Assembly: GCA_045604905.1 (NCBI GenBank)
Contig: JAZUOX010000060.1
Coordinates: 22,386-86,385 of the forward strand
Length of the DNA: 64,000 nucleotides
Direction of reading: 5' to 3'
Source of the DNA: Clostridia bacterium
GTDB taxonomy: Bacteria > Bacillota > Clostridia > UMGS1883
This document shows, piece by piece, positions 1 to 10,009 of this stretch. The position numbers and the translations under genes are program-made. The notes beneath the pieces were generated by a model. The model saw nothing but the letters and a program-made list of their open reading frames with translations, was not told the DNA's origin and made no database searches. Numbering within the stretch: the first letter of the stretch is position 1; every line of letters begins with the position of its first letter.

Positions 1-29
1 TCTAATTTTGAATTAAGTGCTTTTTTATA

Positions 30-341
30 TCATAATCCTGCTATCTGAAAAGCAAATGCAACCACCGCAGCACCCAGAGCAACGGTTAACAGACCTCTTT
101 TGAAATAAGCCAGAATCACAGCAACAATACTTCCTGCAGTTGCTGACGCCACAGAACCTGTACTGGTAAAAATTGAAGGAAATGTCATCGCTGCCAGAAC
201 TGTATAAGGAACATAGAACAAAAAAGACTGAATCCATCTGTTTTTAATCTTTTTGCGGAAAACCACCATCGGTACTACCCTGATTATATAAGTCAAAAAT
301 GCCATAACAGCAATATTCATAAGTATGTAGGATACTTTCAT
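30..341 (-). CDS. azlD: AzlD-family branched-chain amino acid transport protein (small membrane subunit)
   Basis: 103-aa very hydrophobic ORF. Its start overlaps the stop of the upstream AzlC-like gene by 4 nt. Size and topology are typical of AzlD partners of AzlC. Confidence 0.75.
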   Translation of the reverse strand: MKVSYILMNIAVMAFLTYIIRVVPMVVFRKKIKNRWIQSFLFYVPYTVLAAMTFPSIFTSTGSVASATAGSIVAVILAYFKRGLLTVALGAAVVAFAFQIAGL

Positions 342-1060
342 TCCTGCACCTCCTTAACCGGAAAAACGCTTGCACAAAAAGCACTGACTGCCATTGTGAT
401 TATTATAACAGTCCATCCCTCCGAAACAAATTCAAGAAAAGGAGTAATTTTAAAAACAATACTCATTACAACTGATGCAAGCACTGCTATGAGCACACTT
501 TTGTTTTCTCTTGCCGGAGGAATTATAATTGCAATAAACATTCCATAGAGGGCTATTCCCATTGCCGATGAAAGTGCTGTCGGCATAACAGAGGTCGCAA
601 CTGCACCTACGGCAGTACCGGCTGTCCATCCTATTATAGGTGTCAGTATCAAACCCGCCAGATAGGAAGCGGTAAGTATTCTTTTTCGACGCATTGATAC
701 AGCAAATATCTCATCAGTAATACCGAAAGAAAGTATGAACCGTTGCCACAATTTCATCGAAGGGTCAATTTTTTGAGAAACGGAAAGAGACATCAGAAAA
801 TATCTCATATTTATAATCAACGTAGTTATGGCAAGTTCTATAAACCTTCCGCCTGCAAGAACAATATTAACCCCTGCAAACTGCCCTGCACTTGTAAGAT
901 TTGTAAAGGATGTAAGTATTGCTGCCCATTCAGGAAATCCCGATAAAACTGCAGTAAGACCGAATGCCATTGAAACTGAAAAATAACCAAGACAAATCGG
1001 AATCCCGTCTTTTATTCCGTTTATAAATTCAATTCTTTTCATAAAAGCACCTTTTAACAC
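338..1060 (-). CDS. azlC: AzlC-family branched-chain amino acid permease
   Basis: 240-aa multi-TM protein. The N-terminal region (GIKDGIPICLGYFSVSMAFG...) matches the AzlC family, and the gene is paired with azlD. Confidence 0.8.
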   Translation of the reverse strand: MLKGAFMKRIEFINGIKDGIPICLGYFSVSMAFGLTAVLSGFPEWAAILTSFTNLTSAGQFAGVNIVLAGGRFIELAITTLIINMRYFLMSLSVSQKIDPSMKLWQRFILSFGITDEIFAVSMRRKRILTASYLAGLILTPIIGWTAGTAVGAVATSVMPTALSSAMGIALYGMFIAIIIPPARENKSVLIAVLASVVMSIVFKITPFLEFVSEGWTVIIITMAVSAFCASVFPVKEVQE

Positions 1061-1142
1061 CGCATGTAAATGTCTTATAATACTATAAACAGTTAAATTT
1101 TATACTATTCGGTTATTATATCACAAATATTGTAAGTAAGCA

Positions 1143-1182
1143 ACAAAAAAAATGGTCACCACAGCAAAATGTGGCGACCATT
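1143..1182 (-). terminator. Rho-independent terminator ending the long minus-strand carbohydrate operon
   Basis: Inverted repeat aatggtcaccaca / tgtggcgaccatt (13 bp, 1 mismatch, 6-nt loop). It lies immediately downstream of the SDR gene stop (1186). On the minus-strand transcript it is followed by a U-run (plus-strand A8 at 1143-1150). Confidence 0.7.
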
Positions 1183-1185
1183 TAA

Positions 1186-2031
1186 TTATACTCCGCTATA
1201 TGCGCTGAATCCACCGTCTACAGGAATTACAACACCGTTAACAAAGCTTGACGCATCTTTATGCACAAGGAAAAGAAGTGTTCCGATAAGTTCTTCTGCT
1301 TTTCCGAAACGATCCATAGGAGTTGCGGCAAGGATTTTGCCTGTTCTTGCTGTGGGGGTTCCGTCTTCGTTGAAGAGAAGCTTTTCGTTCTGCTTTGTTA
1401 CAAAGAATCCCGGTGCTATTGCGTTGCAACGGATATTTGTCTTTGAAAAGTGCACTGCAAGCCACTGTGTAAAGTTTGAAATTGCAGCCTTTGCACCACT
1501 GTACGCAGGTATTTTTGTAAGGGGTGTGTACGCATTCATACTTGAAATGTTGATGATGCTTGCATCGTCCTTTTCGAGCATATCCTTTGCAAATACCTGG
1601 GTGGGTAAAAGAGTTCCAAGGAAGTTAAGGTTAAACACAAACTCAACACCCGACTTGTCAAGGTCAAAGAATGTCTTTACATTCCCCATATCTTCGGGTG
1701 AAAAGTATTCGTCATCAGTGGTTGCCTTGGAGTTGTTACCACCTGCACCATTGATGAGAATGTCACAAGTGCCAAAGTCCTTTACAATTTCGTCGTGTGC
1801 CTGCTGTATGCTTTCTGTTTCAAGAACGTTGCACTTGTATCCTTTTGCAATTCCGCCCTCTGCCTCAATTTCAGAAGCGTAAGCTTTTGCAGCGTCTTCA
1901 TTCAGGTCTAAAAGTGCAATTTTTGCACCTGTTTTTGCAAGAGCCTTTGCAAACATGGAGCAAAGCACACCGCCTGCACCTGTTACAACACATACCTTGC
2001 CTGTTAAGTCTATTTCAAAAGGTAATTTCAT
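1186..2031 (-). CDS. Short-chain dehydrogenase/reductase, probably SDR-type D-mannonate/fructuronate oxidoreductase (UxuB/YjmF-like)
   Basis: Rossmann motif TGAGGVLCS and a YxxxK catalytic motif (YSGAK). At ~280 aa it is a long SDR. A UxuA gene lies two genes upstream in the same operon, which supports a uronate-pathway role; that role is inferred. Confidence 0.7.
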   Translation of the reverse strand: MKLPFEIDLTGKVCVVTGAGGVLCSMFAKALAKTGAKIALLDLNEDAAKAYASEIEAEGGIAKGYKCNVLETESIQQAHDEIVKDFGTCDILINGAGGNNSKATTDDEYFSPEDMGNVKTFFDLDKSGVEFVFNLNFLGTLLPTQVFAKDMLEKDDASIINISSMNAYTPLTKIPAYSGAKAAISNFTQWLAVHFSKTNIRCNAIAPGFFVTKQNEKLLFNEDGTPTARTGKILAATPMDRFGKAEELIGTLLFLVHKDASSFVNGVVIPVDGGFSAYSGV

Positions 2032-2052
2032 TTATATATGTCCTTTCCAGCT

Positions 2053-2775
2053 TTATAATTTGCTAATAATCAACTCTGCTAACTCATTAGATTTAGCAAG
2101 CAATCCATGAGGATGATGTCCTTGCGAGTTTCGGGGGATAACCGTAAGAAGTTCACTGCATTCTGAATAAGCCTCCTCAAGGAGTTTGCCATTTGAAAAA
2201 TAATCCACAGTCATATCCTCTGTACCATAAAGCATTATGACAGGAAATCTCTTTTCTATAAGTTTGGGAACATTATTTATTGGATTTTCTTCTAACGTGA
2301 ATATATCAGATCTTTTAATATTTGGATAAGCCCGCGTGAATTCTTCATCCCAAATTTTTTCGTATTTATTATATTTTCCAGGAAAATCCAAGAAATTAAG
2401 AACAGGTGCATCTATAACCAAACACGATACTAATTCGGGATAGTATGCAGCAAAATTAACTGCCTGCGCCCCACCACAGCTCATACCAACTAACACGCAT
2501 TTACAATCAAGATTATATTTTTCTGATACATATTGTATGAATCTTGCTTTCATATCACAATTATTTCTGTTTGCCAATCTTGTTTCATTTTTAACATGAA
2601 CAAGGTGGAATCCTCGTTTCAAAAGCTCTATTTCAAGCTCAGGAAATGCATTCCAGTATTCAGTTTTAAATGCAATTCTATTGTTTGAATTTGAATCAGG
2701 AGTAACTACATACCCTATTGTATCTTCAAAGTCAAATTCTTCGCACTTAAAGCCATGAAATAATTTATCTCCCAT
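2053..2775 (-). CDS. Alpha/beta-hydrolase-fold esterase (putative carbohydrate esterase)
   Basis: Nucleophile-elbow motif GMSCGG in a 240-aa ORF with no signal peptide. It sits inside the uronate/xylan side-chain gene block. Confidence 0.6.
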   Translation of the reverse strand: MGDKLFHGFKCEEFDFEDTIGYVVTPDSNSNNRIAFKTEYWNAFPELEIELLKRGFHLVHVKNETRLANRNNCDMKARFIQYVSEKYNLDCKCVLVGMSCGGAQAVNFAAYYPELVSCLVIDAPVLNFLDFPGKYNKYEKIWDEEFTRAYPNIKRSDIFTLEENPINNVPKLIEKRFPVIMLYGTEDMTVDYFSNGKLLEEAYSECSELLTVIPRNSQGHHPHGLLAKSNELAELIISKL

Positions 2776-2795
2776 AAATTGTTCTCCTTATATGA

Positions 2796-3833
2796 TTATA
2801 ACATTTTATCAAGTGTTTCCCATATGCCTGCCATATACATAGCACCAAGTGCTCTGTCATAAAGTCCATAACCCGGCTTTCCTGTTTCTCCCCATATCAT
2901 TCTGCCGTGGTCAGGACGAAGGTATCCCTTGAAGCCTGTATCGTGGTAAGCCTTAAGAATTTCCACAACATCAAGAGAGCCACACTCTGAAAGATGTCCG
3001 CTTTCTTCAAATGAGCCGTCGGGAAGAATTTTAATGTTTCTTACGTGGGCGAAATGGATTCTGCCCATACTGCCGTACTTACGTACCATTGCGGTATAGT
3101 CATTGAATGTTGCACAGCCTAAGCTTCCGCTGCAAAGAGTAAGTCCGTGATGCACATCATCATAAAGTGAAAGGAATCTGTCAATATTCGCCTCTGTTGT
3201 GATAATTCTCGGAATACCGAAGATAGGCCACGGCGGATCATCGGGATGAATTGCCATATTAACGTCGCACTCAACTGCAACAGGCATAATCTCCTTTATA
3301 AAGTATTCAAGGTTACTCCACAGGCCCTCTTCCCCTATTTTCTTATATTCTTCAATAAGACCTGACATTTCGTCGGGAGTGTAAGATGCATCCCATCCGG
3401 GGAGTGTCATTTTTGTGGGGTCCATTTTGTCAACATCTTCCTTGTAGTAAACAAGTGCGTTTGAACCGTCAGGAAGAGGCTGATCAAGTCGTGAACGTGT
3501 CCAGTCAAACACGGGCATAAAGTTATAACAGATACACTTTACACCTGCTTTAGAAAGTCTTCTGATGTTTTCTTTGTAGTTATCAATATAAAGCTGATAG
3601 TTACCGCGTCTCAGTTTTATATCCTCGTGTACAGGTACTGATTCAATAACTTCCATTTCAAGACCTTTTGTGTTAACAGTAGCTTTCATAGCGTCAATTT
3701 CTTCCTGTGGCCATACCTCGCCAACAGGAACCGAATACACTGCCGTCACTACACCTGTCATACAGGGGATCTGTCTTATGTAGTCAAGTGTTATTGAATC
3801 GTCGTTTCCGTACCAACGGAAAGTCATTTTCAT
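2796..3833 (-). CDS. uxuA: Mannonate dehydratase
   Basis: N-terminus MKMTFRWYG..., plus CYNFMPVFDWTRS and AIHPDDPPWPIFGIPRI, align closely with E. coli UxuA over the full length (compared from memory). Confidence 0.93.
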   Translation of the reverse strand: MKMTFRWYGNDDSITLDYIRQIPCMTGVVTAVYSVPVGEVWPQEEIDAMKATVNTKGLEMEVIESVPVHEDIKLRRGNYQLYIDNYKENIRRLSKAGVKCICYNFMPVFDWTRSRLDQPLPDGSNALVYYKEDVDKMDPTKMTLPGWDASYTPDEMSGLIEEYKKIGEEGLWSNLEYFIKEIMPVAVECDVNMAIHPDDPPWPIFGIPRIITTEANIDRFLSLYDDVHHGLTLCSGSLGCATFNDYTAMVRKYGSMGRIHFAHVRNIKILPDGSFEESGHLSECGSLDVVEILKAYHDTGFKGYLRPDHGRMIWGETGKPGYGLYDRALGAMYMAGIWETLDKML

Positions 3834-3847
3834 AATTTTGCCTCCTT

Positions 3848-5977
3848 TTAAATATTTTCATTATCCCAGAAAAGCTCGTGTCTGAAATATCCGTCAAGGT
3901 GGATAATTTCTACCTCAATCTGCTCTATTTTCCAAAGAAGTGCCTTTTCGTCGCCTACGTATTCCATGCTTGGCTCCCAACCAAGGCGGCTGTCACATTG
4001 CACAAGCGGAATTGTGTCCTTAACGTTTTCAAGCTCATTTTTAAGGATTTCTTCCATATTGCAGATAAGCTCCTCGCCTTTTTCCCTTGTACGGCACATT
4101 GTAAGCTGCTGACGGTTAATATAATGCTCTTTTACATTTCTGGTTGTAACAATGCAGTTACGGATGTAGTGAACAAGATTTGTAAGACGTAAAAGCTCCT
4201 CGTTGGGATTTGTGCACTTATTAAGTGTTTTAAGAGCAGAATTTACAAGGTCAAGCATAATTTTCGACTCGTCCATTTCGTCAAAAATTCTGATACCGAT
4301 AAGCGAATTCTTGATAGAAAGATCTTCCCAATATCTTGAATATGCCATACCTGGAAGCGGATGTGCCGCATGCTTTGAATGTGAGGGGAAAGTTTTCGGC
4401 CATCCCTCGTAAATATCTGTCCAGATAGGATATGCAGGACCGATTCTGTAAGGGCCGTACTGGTCTTCATTGGTTGCAACATAGTGAGTTATAGCCTCAC
4501 TCAAGTCACGGAAAGCATCTTCCACAAGGTCTGCATTTTCCTCTCCGTAATCCCTTACAATGAGGTCACGGATAATAGCTTCGTCATCCTTTATGGGCGT
4601 AAAGAACTTCCACTTTTCAATGTCTGTAATGATTGAAGGATAAAATCCGTAGTGAATATTTTCAAGCATACCCGAAAGATTGTAGTTCTTCTTTGCTTTA
4701 AGAAGCTCGTTATACTTTTTCATCCACTGGAAGGGCATTGGCTCGTAGGGAATCATACCAAAATCCCATGTAAAGCCTGATGAGTTTGCGTTTGCGACAC
4801 TTCTTAGCCCTGCTTTTTTAACGGCTTCTACCTCAACTTTATATTTTTCAGACGGGTCTGCAAAGCGAAGCGAATAGTCAACCCCACATTCCACACTCTC
4901 TTTACCTAGGCGGTATCTTCTGCCATTGTCCCATGTTGTCATTATGATACATTCCTTGGGAAGGTCGTGAATAAGTCTTACACGTTCTTCATCGGGGGCT
5001 CCCTGCCAGTTGTAGGTACTTATAACAAGCTCTGCCTCGGGCTTGATTCCCTTAATAATCTTAAGAATAAGCTTCATAAGGTCGGGATAGTCATTACATG
5101 GCCACCAGCCTGAAGATGTGGGGCGTGTATCACGGGAAGCAATTCTTTCAAACTTTTTCACGCCCGGAGGTGCTATATGTGGGTCTGAAGTTGCGTAACG
5201 GGTAGCTTCACCAAGGAAGGAAACACCCCATACGCTTGGGCACTGTCTGAAAAGTGTACCGTAGATTTCATCATAGAATTCTTCGGCATTTGGTGCGTAC
5301 ACATTCACACTGTGAGGAACGTAGAATTGAACAAGGATTTTAATACCGTATTTTGCAGCACGCTGTGCAAGGTTTTCAAGGTCAAGGTAATATCCTCTGC
5401 GGTCACTGTCAAAGCCTGTCATCCACATTTCAAGAGTATCCATACCCAGGTGCGCAATTCTGGCAAGAATTTCATCAGGAAATTCTGCAGTACCCATTGG
5501 CGACTGAGTAGCACGCATTACATCAAACTCTGCTTTTCTCTTGATAGTACCAAAAGGCACGATTGGCGCTTTTTTAATACTCATTAAATCTTCAAGGAAG
5601 TAAAGTCCTTGAGCGATACCTCGTGAGTCAAAACCCTCAACCGTGATACCGCCTTCTGTTACATTGATTCTGTAACCCATATAACCGCTTGCTTCCTCAA
5701 TATCTTCGTTAACAGAAAGGCGGATATAATTTGTATCAGCTTTCTTTGCAATACCTGCACACACATTCATTGATGTGAGAAGGTAGTCAGAAAAGTCATA
5801 AGCTGCAGTTTTTGTGATTATATCGTAATTTTCAGGAAGAACTATTGAAAAGCCGTCCTCAATTTCAAGTTCATTCTCAGCTTTAGCGACATCATAATTT
5901 CTTATATTGGGTTTATGTAATTCCATAAGACGTTTACGGAATTCATAACGCTGTTCTTTTTTAAGCATACAACTCAC
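3848..5977 (-). CDS. Putative glycoside hydrolase with a GH67N/GH20b-like N-terminal domain; specificity unknown
   Basis: 709 aa, no signal peptide. The N-terminal RGIAQGLYFLEDL motif resembles the beta-sandwich N-domain of alpha-glucuronidase-type and DUF4838-type enzymes. The context (CE15, UxuA) suggests an alpha-glucuronidase-like role, but GH67 signature motifs were not recognised. Confidence 0.5.
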   Translation of the reverse strand: MSCMLKKEQRYEFRKRLMELHKPNIRNYDVAKAENELEIEDGFSIVLPENYDIITKTAAYDFSDYLLTSMNVCAGIAKKADTNYIRLSVNEDIEEASGYMGYRINVTEGGITVEGFDSRGIAQGLYFLEDLMSIKKAPIVPFGTIKRKAEFDVMRATQSPMGTAEFPDEILARIAHLGMDTLEMWMTGFDSDRRGYYLDLENLAQRAAKYGIKILVQFYVPHSVNVYAPNAEEFYDEIYGTLFRQCPSVWGVSFLGEATRYATSDPHIAPPGVKKFERIASRDTRPTSSGWWPCNDYPDLMKLILKIIKGIKPEAELVISTYNWQGAPDEERVRLIHDLPKECIIMTTWDNGRRYRLGKESVECGVDYSLRFADPSEKYKVEVEAVKKAGLRSVANANSSGFTWDFGMIPYEPMPFQWMKKYNELLKAKKNYNLSGMLENIHYGFYPSIITDIEKWKFFTPIKDDEAIIRDLIVRDYGEENADLVEDAFRDLSEAITHYVATNEDQYGPYRIGPAYPIWTDIYEGWPKTFPSHSKHAAHPLPGMAYSRYWEDLSIKNSLIGIRIFDEMDESKIMLDLVNSALKTLNKCTNPNEELLRLTNLVHYIRNCIVTTRNVKEHYINRQQLTMCRTREKGEELICNMEEILKNELENVKDTIPLVQCDSRLGWEPSMEYVGDEKALLWKIEQIEVEIIHLDGYFRHELFWDNENI

Positions 5978-5980
5978 CTC

Positions 5981-7141
5981 TTATTCAGTAAATCCGAACT
6001 GTTTATCTGCAAAATCCATATATGCTCTCCAGTCAAAGAGAAGAAGATTGTGTCCGCCAGTTCTCACATGATAACCGATATTACCCTTATTAAGTGAGAA
6101 ATTAACTTCAGGGAAACCGTCTGCAACAAGACCGATTTTGCCGTAAACCTTTTCATAAACTTCTGAAGCAAGTGCCGCGGTAGTAAATTCAGCCTTGGGA
6201 TCAGCCCACTCGTCAAGCTCGGAGCTCTGAATATAAAGTCCGCGGGGTGCAACAAGGGAAGCAAGATAGTGCTGGTCAAATTCCATTGCCTGCTCATTAT
6301 TTACATACTTTGCGTAGTTCTGACAGAACCAATAAGGAACAACATCAACCATATATTCAACGTGTTCACCGATTTTTGTCTTGAAGAGCGCAGCACCGCC
6401 GCATCCTGAACTGTTTGGAATTGCAATAGCAAATCTTTCGTCAAATGCTGCAGTAACAAGTGCGGTTTTGCCAAGTCTTGAATGTCCCATAACTGCAACC
6501 TTTGTTTCGTCAACTTCGGGAGCTACCTCAAGATAGTCCATAATTCTCATTGCGGCAAAGGACCAAAGACCGATTGCACCAAGGTCTTCTTTACTGTCAG
6601 GATCAATTTCAAGAGTTTCAAAAAGACCTTTTCTGTAGTCTGTGTACTTATAACCCGGCTCATGCTCAATAATACCTGCCGTATAATCCTCATGTGCAAT
6701 TTCGTCAGTATCATAATAAATAATGCCGTAACCGCGGCTTGTTATTTCAACAAGTGGAAATCTTTCGTCAATTATTCCCTGATATACGCTTCTTGACATC
6801 CAACTGTGACGACTGATGTGAAGGAACATCGGCACATTCTTTTTTCCGTAAGGCAGGAACATATATGCGTTAAAGGAAAATGACTTGCCGTTGTTATTAA
6901 CTGTAATTTCAATTTGGCGTTTAATGATTTCCTTATTGGGTACCATTGCATCAACAATAACCTTAAAAGTTGTGTTCTTTTTATCATATTCGGGAAATCT
7001 GCCGTATTCTTCACGCTGAAGAATATCTTTAAGCCTTGCTCTTCCCTCTTTTTCCCATTTTTCGGGATTTCCGATTTCATCGGGCATAAGAATTTCAGGA
7101 AGATTAGTATTATACTTTTTGTTAACCTCTGCAATTGTCAT
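5981..7141 (-). CDS. CE15-family glucuronoyl esterase (4-O-methyl-glucuronoyl methylesterase)
   Basis: The GHSRLGK motif matches the CE15 G-C/H-S-R-x-G catalytic-serine signature. The start is taken at MTIAEVNKKY (ATG 7139-7141), 1 nt after the upstream TGA, with an AAGGAGA ribosome-binding site; the longer ORF start would overlap the GH2 gene. Confidence 0.7.
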   Translation of the reverse strand: MTIAEVNKKYNTNLPEILMPDEIGNPEKWEKEGRARLKDILQREEYGRFPEYDKKNTTFKVIVDAMVPNKEIIKRQIEITVNNNGKSFSFNAYMFLPYGKKNVPMFLHISRHSWMSRSVYQGIIDERFPLVEITSRGYGIIYYDTDEIAHEDYTAGIIEHEPGYKYTDYRKGLFETLEIDPDSKEDLGAIGLWSFAAMRIMDYLEVAPEVDETKVAVMGHSRLGKTALVTAAFDERFAIAIPNSSGCGGAALFKTKIGEHVEYMVDVVPYWFCQNYAKYVNNEQAMEFDQHYLASLVAPRGLYIQSSELDEWADPKAEFTTAALASEVYEKVYGKIGLVADGFPEVNFSLNKGNIGYHVRTGGHNLLLFDWRAYMDFADKQFGFTE

Positions 7142-7142
7142 T

Positions 7143-9998
7143 TCAGTTCTCTCCTTTATTTGCATAATCATAAATGTTTGCAACGAAGCGCTTTGCAACG
7201 GGATTTTCTGTTCTTAATTCTGCAAGACAAATTATGTAAAGCTTACCCTCGTATTCCTTTACTGCACAGGCAAGTGCATCGTCCCAGTTTCCGTTTTCGT
7301 CCTTGTTACCTGTTGTAAGAACGGGTGTAAATCCGTCAGCTGTAAATGTCTTGTACAGAATGGGGGTAATCATATCCTCATCCTCATTATACCAGTAGGA
7401 GAAGTCCTTTTCACGGAATTCTTCCACGATAGGATGACCTGTCTTTCTTGATACGAAATGAAGCGGAAGCATACCGCAGTCCTTAACTTTTACAGTTTCC
7501 CCTGCAATCTGATATTCGCCGGGTTCAAGGTCATCAATGATAACAACATTGTCATTAACTTCAATTTCTACGTCTTCAAATACTTCAATGTCATGAGTTG
7601 TGTAGTTTACAACGCTTCCGTTTTCATCAAGAAGAATTGCCTTAAGAGTGAAGATTTCTCTGTCAACAACCTCGTCAATTGTGAAACGGATATCACTTAT
7701 TGCAGTAACATCACAGTTTTTGATTTCTGCCTGTTTTTCGGAAGTCTTTATAAGCTCATCACCTGCATAAAGCTCGTAACGCATCTTGTAATTATCTGTT
7801 TCAAGGTTTGTGTCGTTACAGATAAATGCTTCAACACTTACCTCTTCACCCTCAAAGTATGTCCATTTATCTGTGCGCAGACTTACCATAATCGGCTCAA
7901 GAGCATTTTTATATGCAAAAAATGCCTTTTTAGGATTTCTGTCACAGTCCATAATGGTCTTCATCCAACCGCTGGGCCATGCATCTATAAACAGATGTAT
8001 CGCAAATGAAATCATACGGCTGTCACGACGGTAGGACTCTGCCATAAGCTTTGTAGCAAGTGCCTGATAGCGCTGGCTATGCTCTACCCAATCTTCAACA
8101 TTATCCTGTGTATCGTAGAAGAATCTGTGAAGGTCTTTAGTCTGTGCACCAACTATTTTGCCAATGTCAAGAGGCTCAACAAGCCACTGTGCAGGATAAT
8201 ACTTTCTCATAACCTCGGTGCACTCAAGTCCTTCCGTACCGAATTCACCGCATCCGTAATACCAGCCGGGTTTAACCTGCATCCAGTGTCCTTTGTAGAG
8301 TTTACCGATGTCGATACCGTGACCGTTATACCATGTGGGATAACAGTGATTATCGGGCATACCCTCCGTAGGCGGATCGTAGTCACCGTCAACGTGTTTA
8401 ATTACACGATCGGGGTTATTAAGACGGACTATATAGTCACATGATGTGAAGAAGTTTTCAAGATCGGGACGCTCTAAATGTCTGTGAGGTTGATTCTTTG
8501 CATTTGGGAAAGGCTCATTAATATAAGTAACAACAACGCAAGAAGCGTGGCTTCTTATAAGCTTCTCCATTTCCTCTGCCTGACGGATACCCTCTGCAAC
8601 CTTGTTTCTTCTCATACAACCGAAAAGCGGAAGGTCTGTCTGAATCATAAGACCGAGCATATCGCAATAATTGTAGAATTCTTCCTGAACGGGACGCTGT
8701 GTAATACGAAGATAATTCATATTACAAAGTTTTGCAAGAAGGATATCGTCGATAAGCTGATCGAAATCACCACGCATAACGTCAAGCTGTTCAAATCCCA
8801 TTGTATTTGCACCGCGGAGACGGGTCTTTTTGCCGTTAAGCATAAACATACCCTTCATATCTTCGTTATCAAGGTCCTGACGGAATTCACGCATACCGAA
8901 TTGACGTGAGCGTGTATCTGTAACTTCACCATTATAAATAAGCTCTACCTGCACCTGATAAAGATAAGGTGTTTTTGGTTCCCAGAGCTTCGCATTTTCC
9001 ATAGGAATTTTGAATTTGTATACGTTATTACCTTTTTCTGCAGGCACTTTAAGGGGTTTACCCATAATATCCTTAACATCTGCCTGAGTAAGGCTGTCGC
9101 CCATACCTGCATAGTAAATTGTTTCAGCTTCAAAAGGCATTTTTTCAAATACTTTTTCTTCGAAGTTCTGACCATATACTGAAATTGTAAAATTAAGGTC
9201 TTTAATTACATACTCTGTATTTTCAACCTCAATCCAAACCTCCGCCTTGTTTTCAAAGGGAAGCGGACGAACAAATACATCACTTATATGAGTTTTGTTT
9301 CTGTATTCAATATAAACATCGTCATAAAGACCCATTCCGGGAGGACAATGATGCCAGCCAATCTGACTGTCGTCCCAGCCGATACCTGTTGCAGCGTACA
9401 GCTTATCACCCTCAAGTCGTTCTCCTGTGCCGCAAAAGTCACAGACTCCGCCATATATAAAATCGTTCTTAAGTACAATCTTAAGGTCGTTTTCACCTAT
9501 ATGTACAAACTCTGTTATATTAAATTCAAAGGGTGCGAAAAATCCCTCATGTCTGCCTGCAAATTCACCGTTAATCATAACAGCCGCTTCGTAGTCGGCA
9601 CCACCGATGCAAATATAGATTTCTTTTCCGGGTGCTTCTTCAATATTGAACTTTGTTTCGTAAACCTGCTTTGCATAGCCTACTGGACCACCGTAATAAG
9701 GGATTGTAATCTTTTCTTTTCCGTCAAGGATAAATTCCTTAATGTCCACCCTCTTATTCATTACAGGAAGCTTGGGTGCAAGATTACGAAGGTAAGGCGC
9801 ATATTCTCCCCTCATTTTCTTAAGCTCTGCACGCATTTCCTCTTGAGTGTCCATTTTCTTTTCTGTTTTTACTGCTTCTCCACCATCCTGAAGCTCACAG
9901 ATTTCAATATCCGTAAATTTGGGAGAAGGCTCATAAAGAAGCTCCGCTCTGCCGCCTATACCTCCGGCTGCAATTTCAATAAACTGGTCGTTAGCCAT
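7143..9998 (-). CDS. GH2-family glycoside hydrolase (beta-galactosidase/beta-glucuronidase/beta-mannosidase superfamily)
   Basis: 951 aa and cytoplasmic. The sugar-binding-domain ending GMGLYDDVYIEYR...ISDVFVRP and the TIM-barrel NEP motif (VVTYINEPF) are typical of GH2. Confidence 0.65.
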   Translation of the reverse strand: MANDQFIEIAAGGIGGRAELLYEPSPKFTDIEICELQDGGEAVKTEKKMDTQEEMRAELKKMRGEYAPYLRNLAPKLPVMNKRVDIKEFILDGKEKITIPYYGGPVGYAKQVYETKFNIEEAPGKEIYICIGGADYEAAVMINGEFAGRHEGFFAPFEFNITEFVHIGENDLKIVLKNDFIYGGVCDFCGTGERLEGDKLYAATGIGWDDSQIGWHHCPPGMGLYDDVYIEYRNKTHISDVFVRPLPFENKAEVWIEVENTEYVIKDLNFTISVYGQNFEEKVFEKMPFEAETIYYAGMGDSLTQADVKDIMGKPLKVPAEKGNNVYKFKIPMENAKLWEPKTPYLYQVQVELIYNGEVTDTRSRQFGMREFRQDLDNEDMKGMFMLNGKKTRLRGANTMGFEQLDVMRGDFDQLIDDILLAKLCNMNYLRITQRPVQEEFYNYCDMLGLMIQTDLPLFGCMRRNKVAEGIRQAEEMEKLIRSHASCVVVTYINEPFPNAKNQPHRHLERPDLENFFTSCDYIVRLNNPDRVIKHVDGDYDPPTEGMPDNHCYPTWYNGHGIDIGKLYKGHWMQVKPGWYYGCGEFGTEGLECTEVMRKYYPAQWLVEPLDIGKIVGAQTKDLHRFFYDTQDNVEDWVEHSQRYQALATKLMAESYRRDSRMISFAIHLFIDAWPSGWMKTIMDCDRNPKKAFFAYKNALEPIMVSLRTDKWTYFEGEEVSVEAFICNDTNLETDNYKMRYELYAGDELIKTSEKQAEIKNCDVTAISDIRFTIDEVVDREIFTLKAILLDENGSVVNYTTHDIEVFEDVEIEVNDNVVIIDDLEPGEYQIAGETVKVKDCGMLPLHFVSRKTGHPIVEEFREKDFSYWYNEDEDMITPILYKTFTADGFTPVLTTGNKDENGNWDDALACAVKEYEGKLYIICLAELRTENPVAKRFVANIYDYANKGEN

Positions 9999-10009
9999 TA
10001 TATTTCACC

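Noticed and set aside
1169-1882. 237-aa plus-strand ORF antisense to the SDR gene
   Set aside because: It overlaps a well-supported SDR CDS on the opposite strand. Its translation is low-complexity with no motifs and it has no ribosome-binding site.
3848-5977. Specific call as GH67 alpha-glucuronidase (AguA), suggested by CE15/uxuAB context
   Set aside because: Only the N-terminal beta-sandwich motif resembles GH67/DUF4838. I could not match GH67 catalytic-region signatures from memory, so it is left as a putative glycosidase of unknown specificity.
7458-9496. Several 60-245-aa ORFs on the plus strand inside the GH2 gene (e.g. 7458-8009, 9288-10025)
   Set aside because: They are antisense to a 951-aa CDS with clear GH2 motifs. 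They are Cys/Phe-rich, low-complexity translations typical of AT-rich antisense frames.
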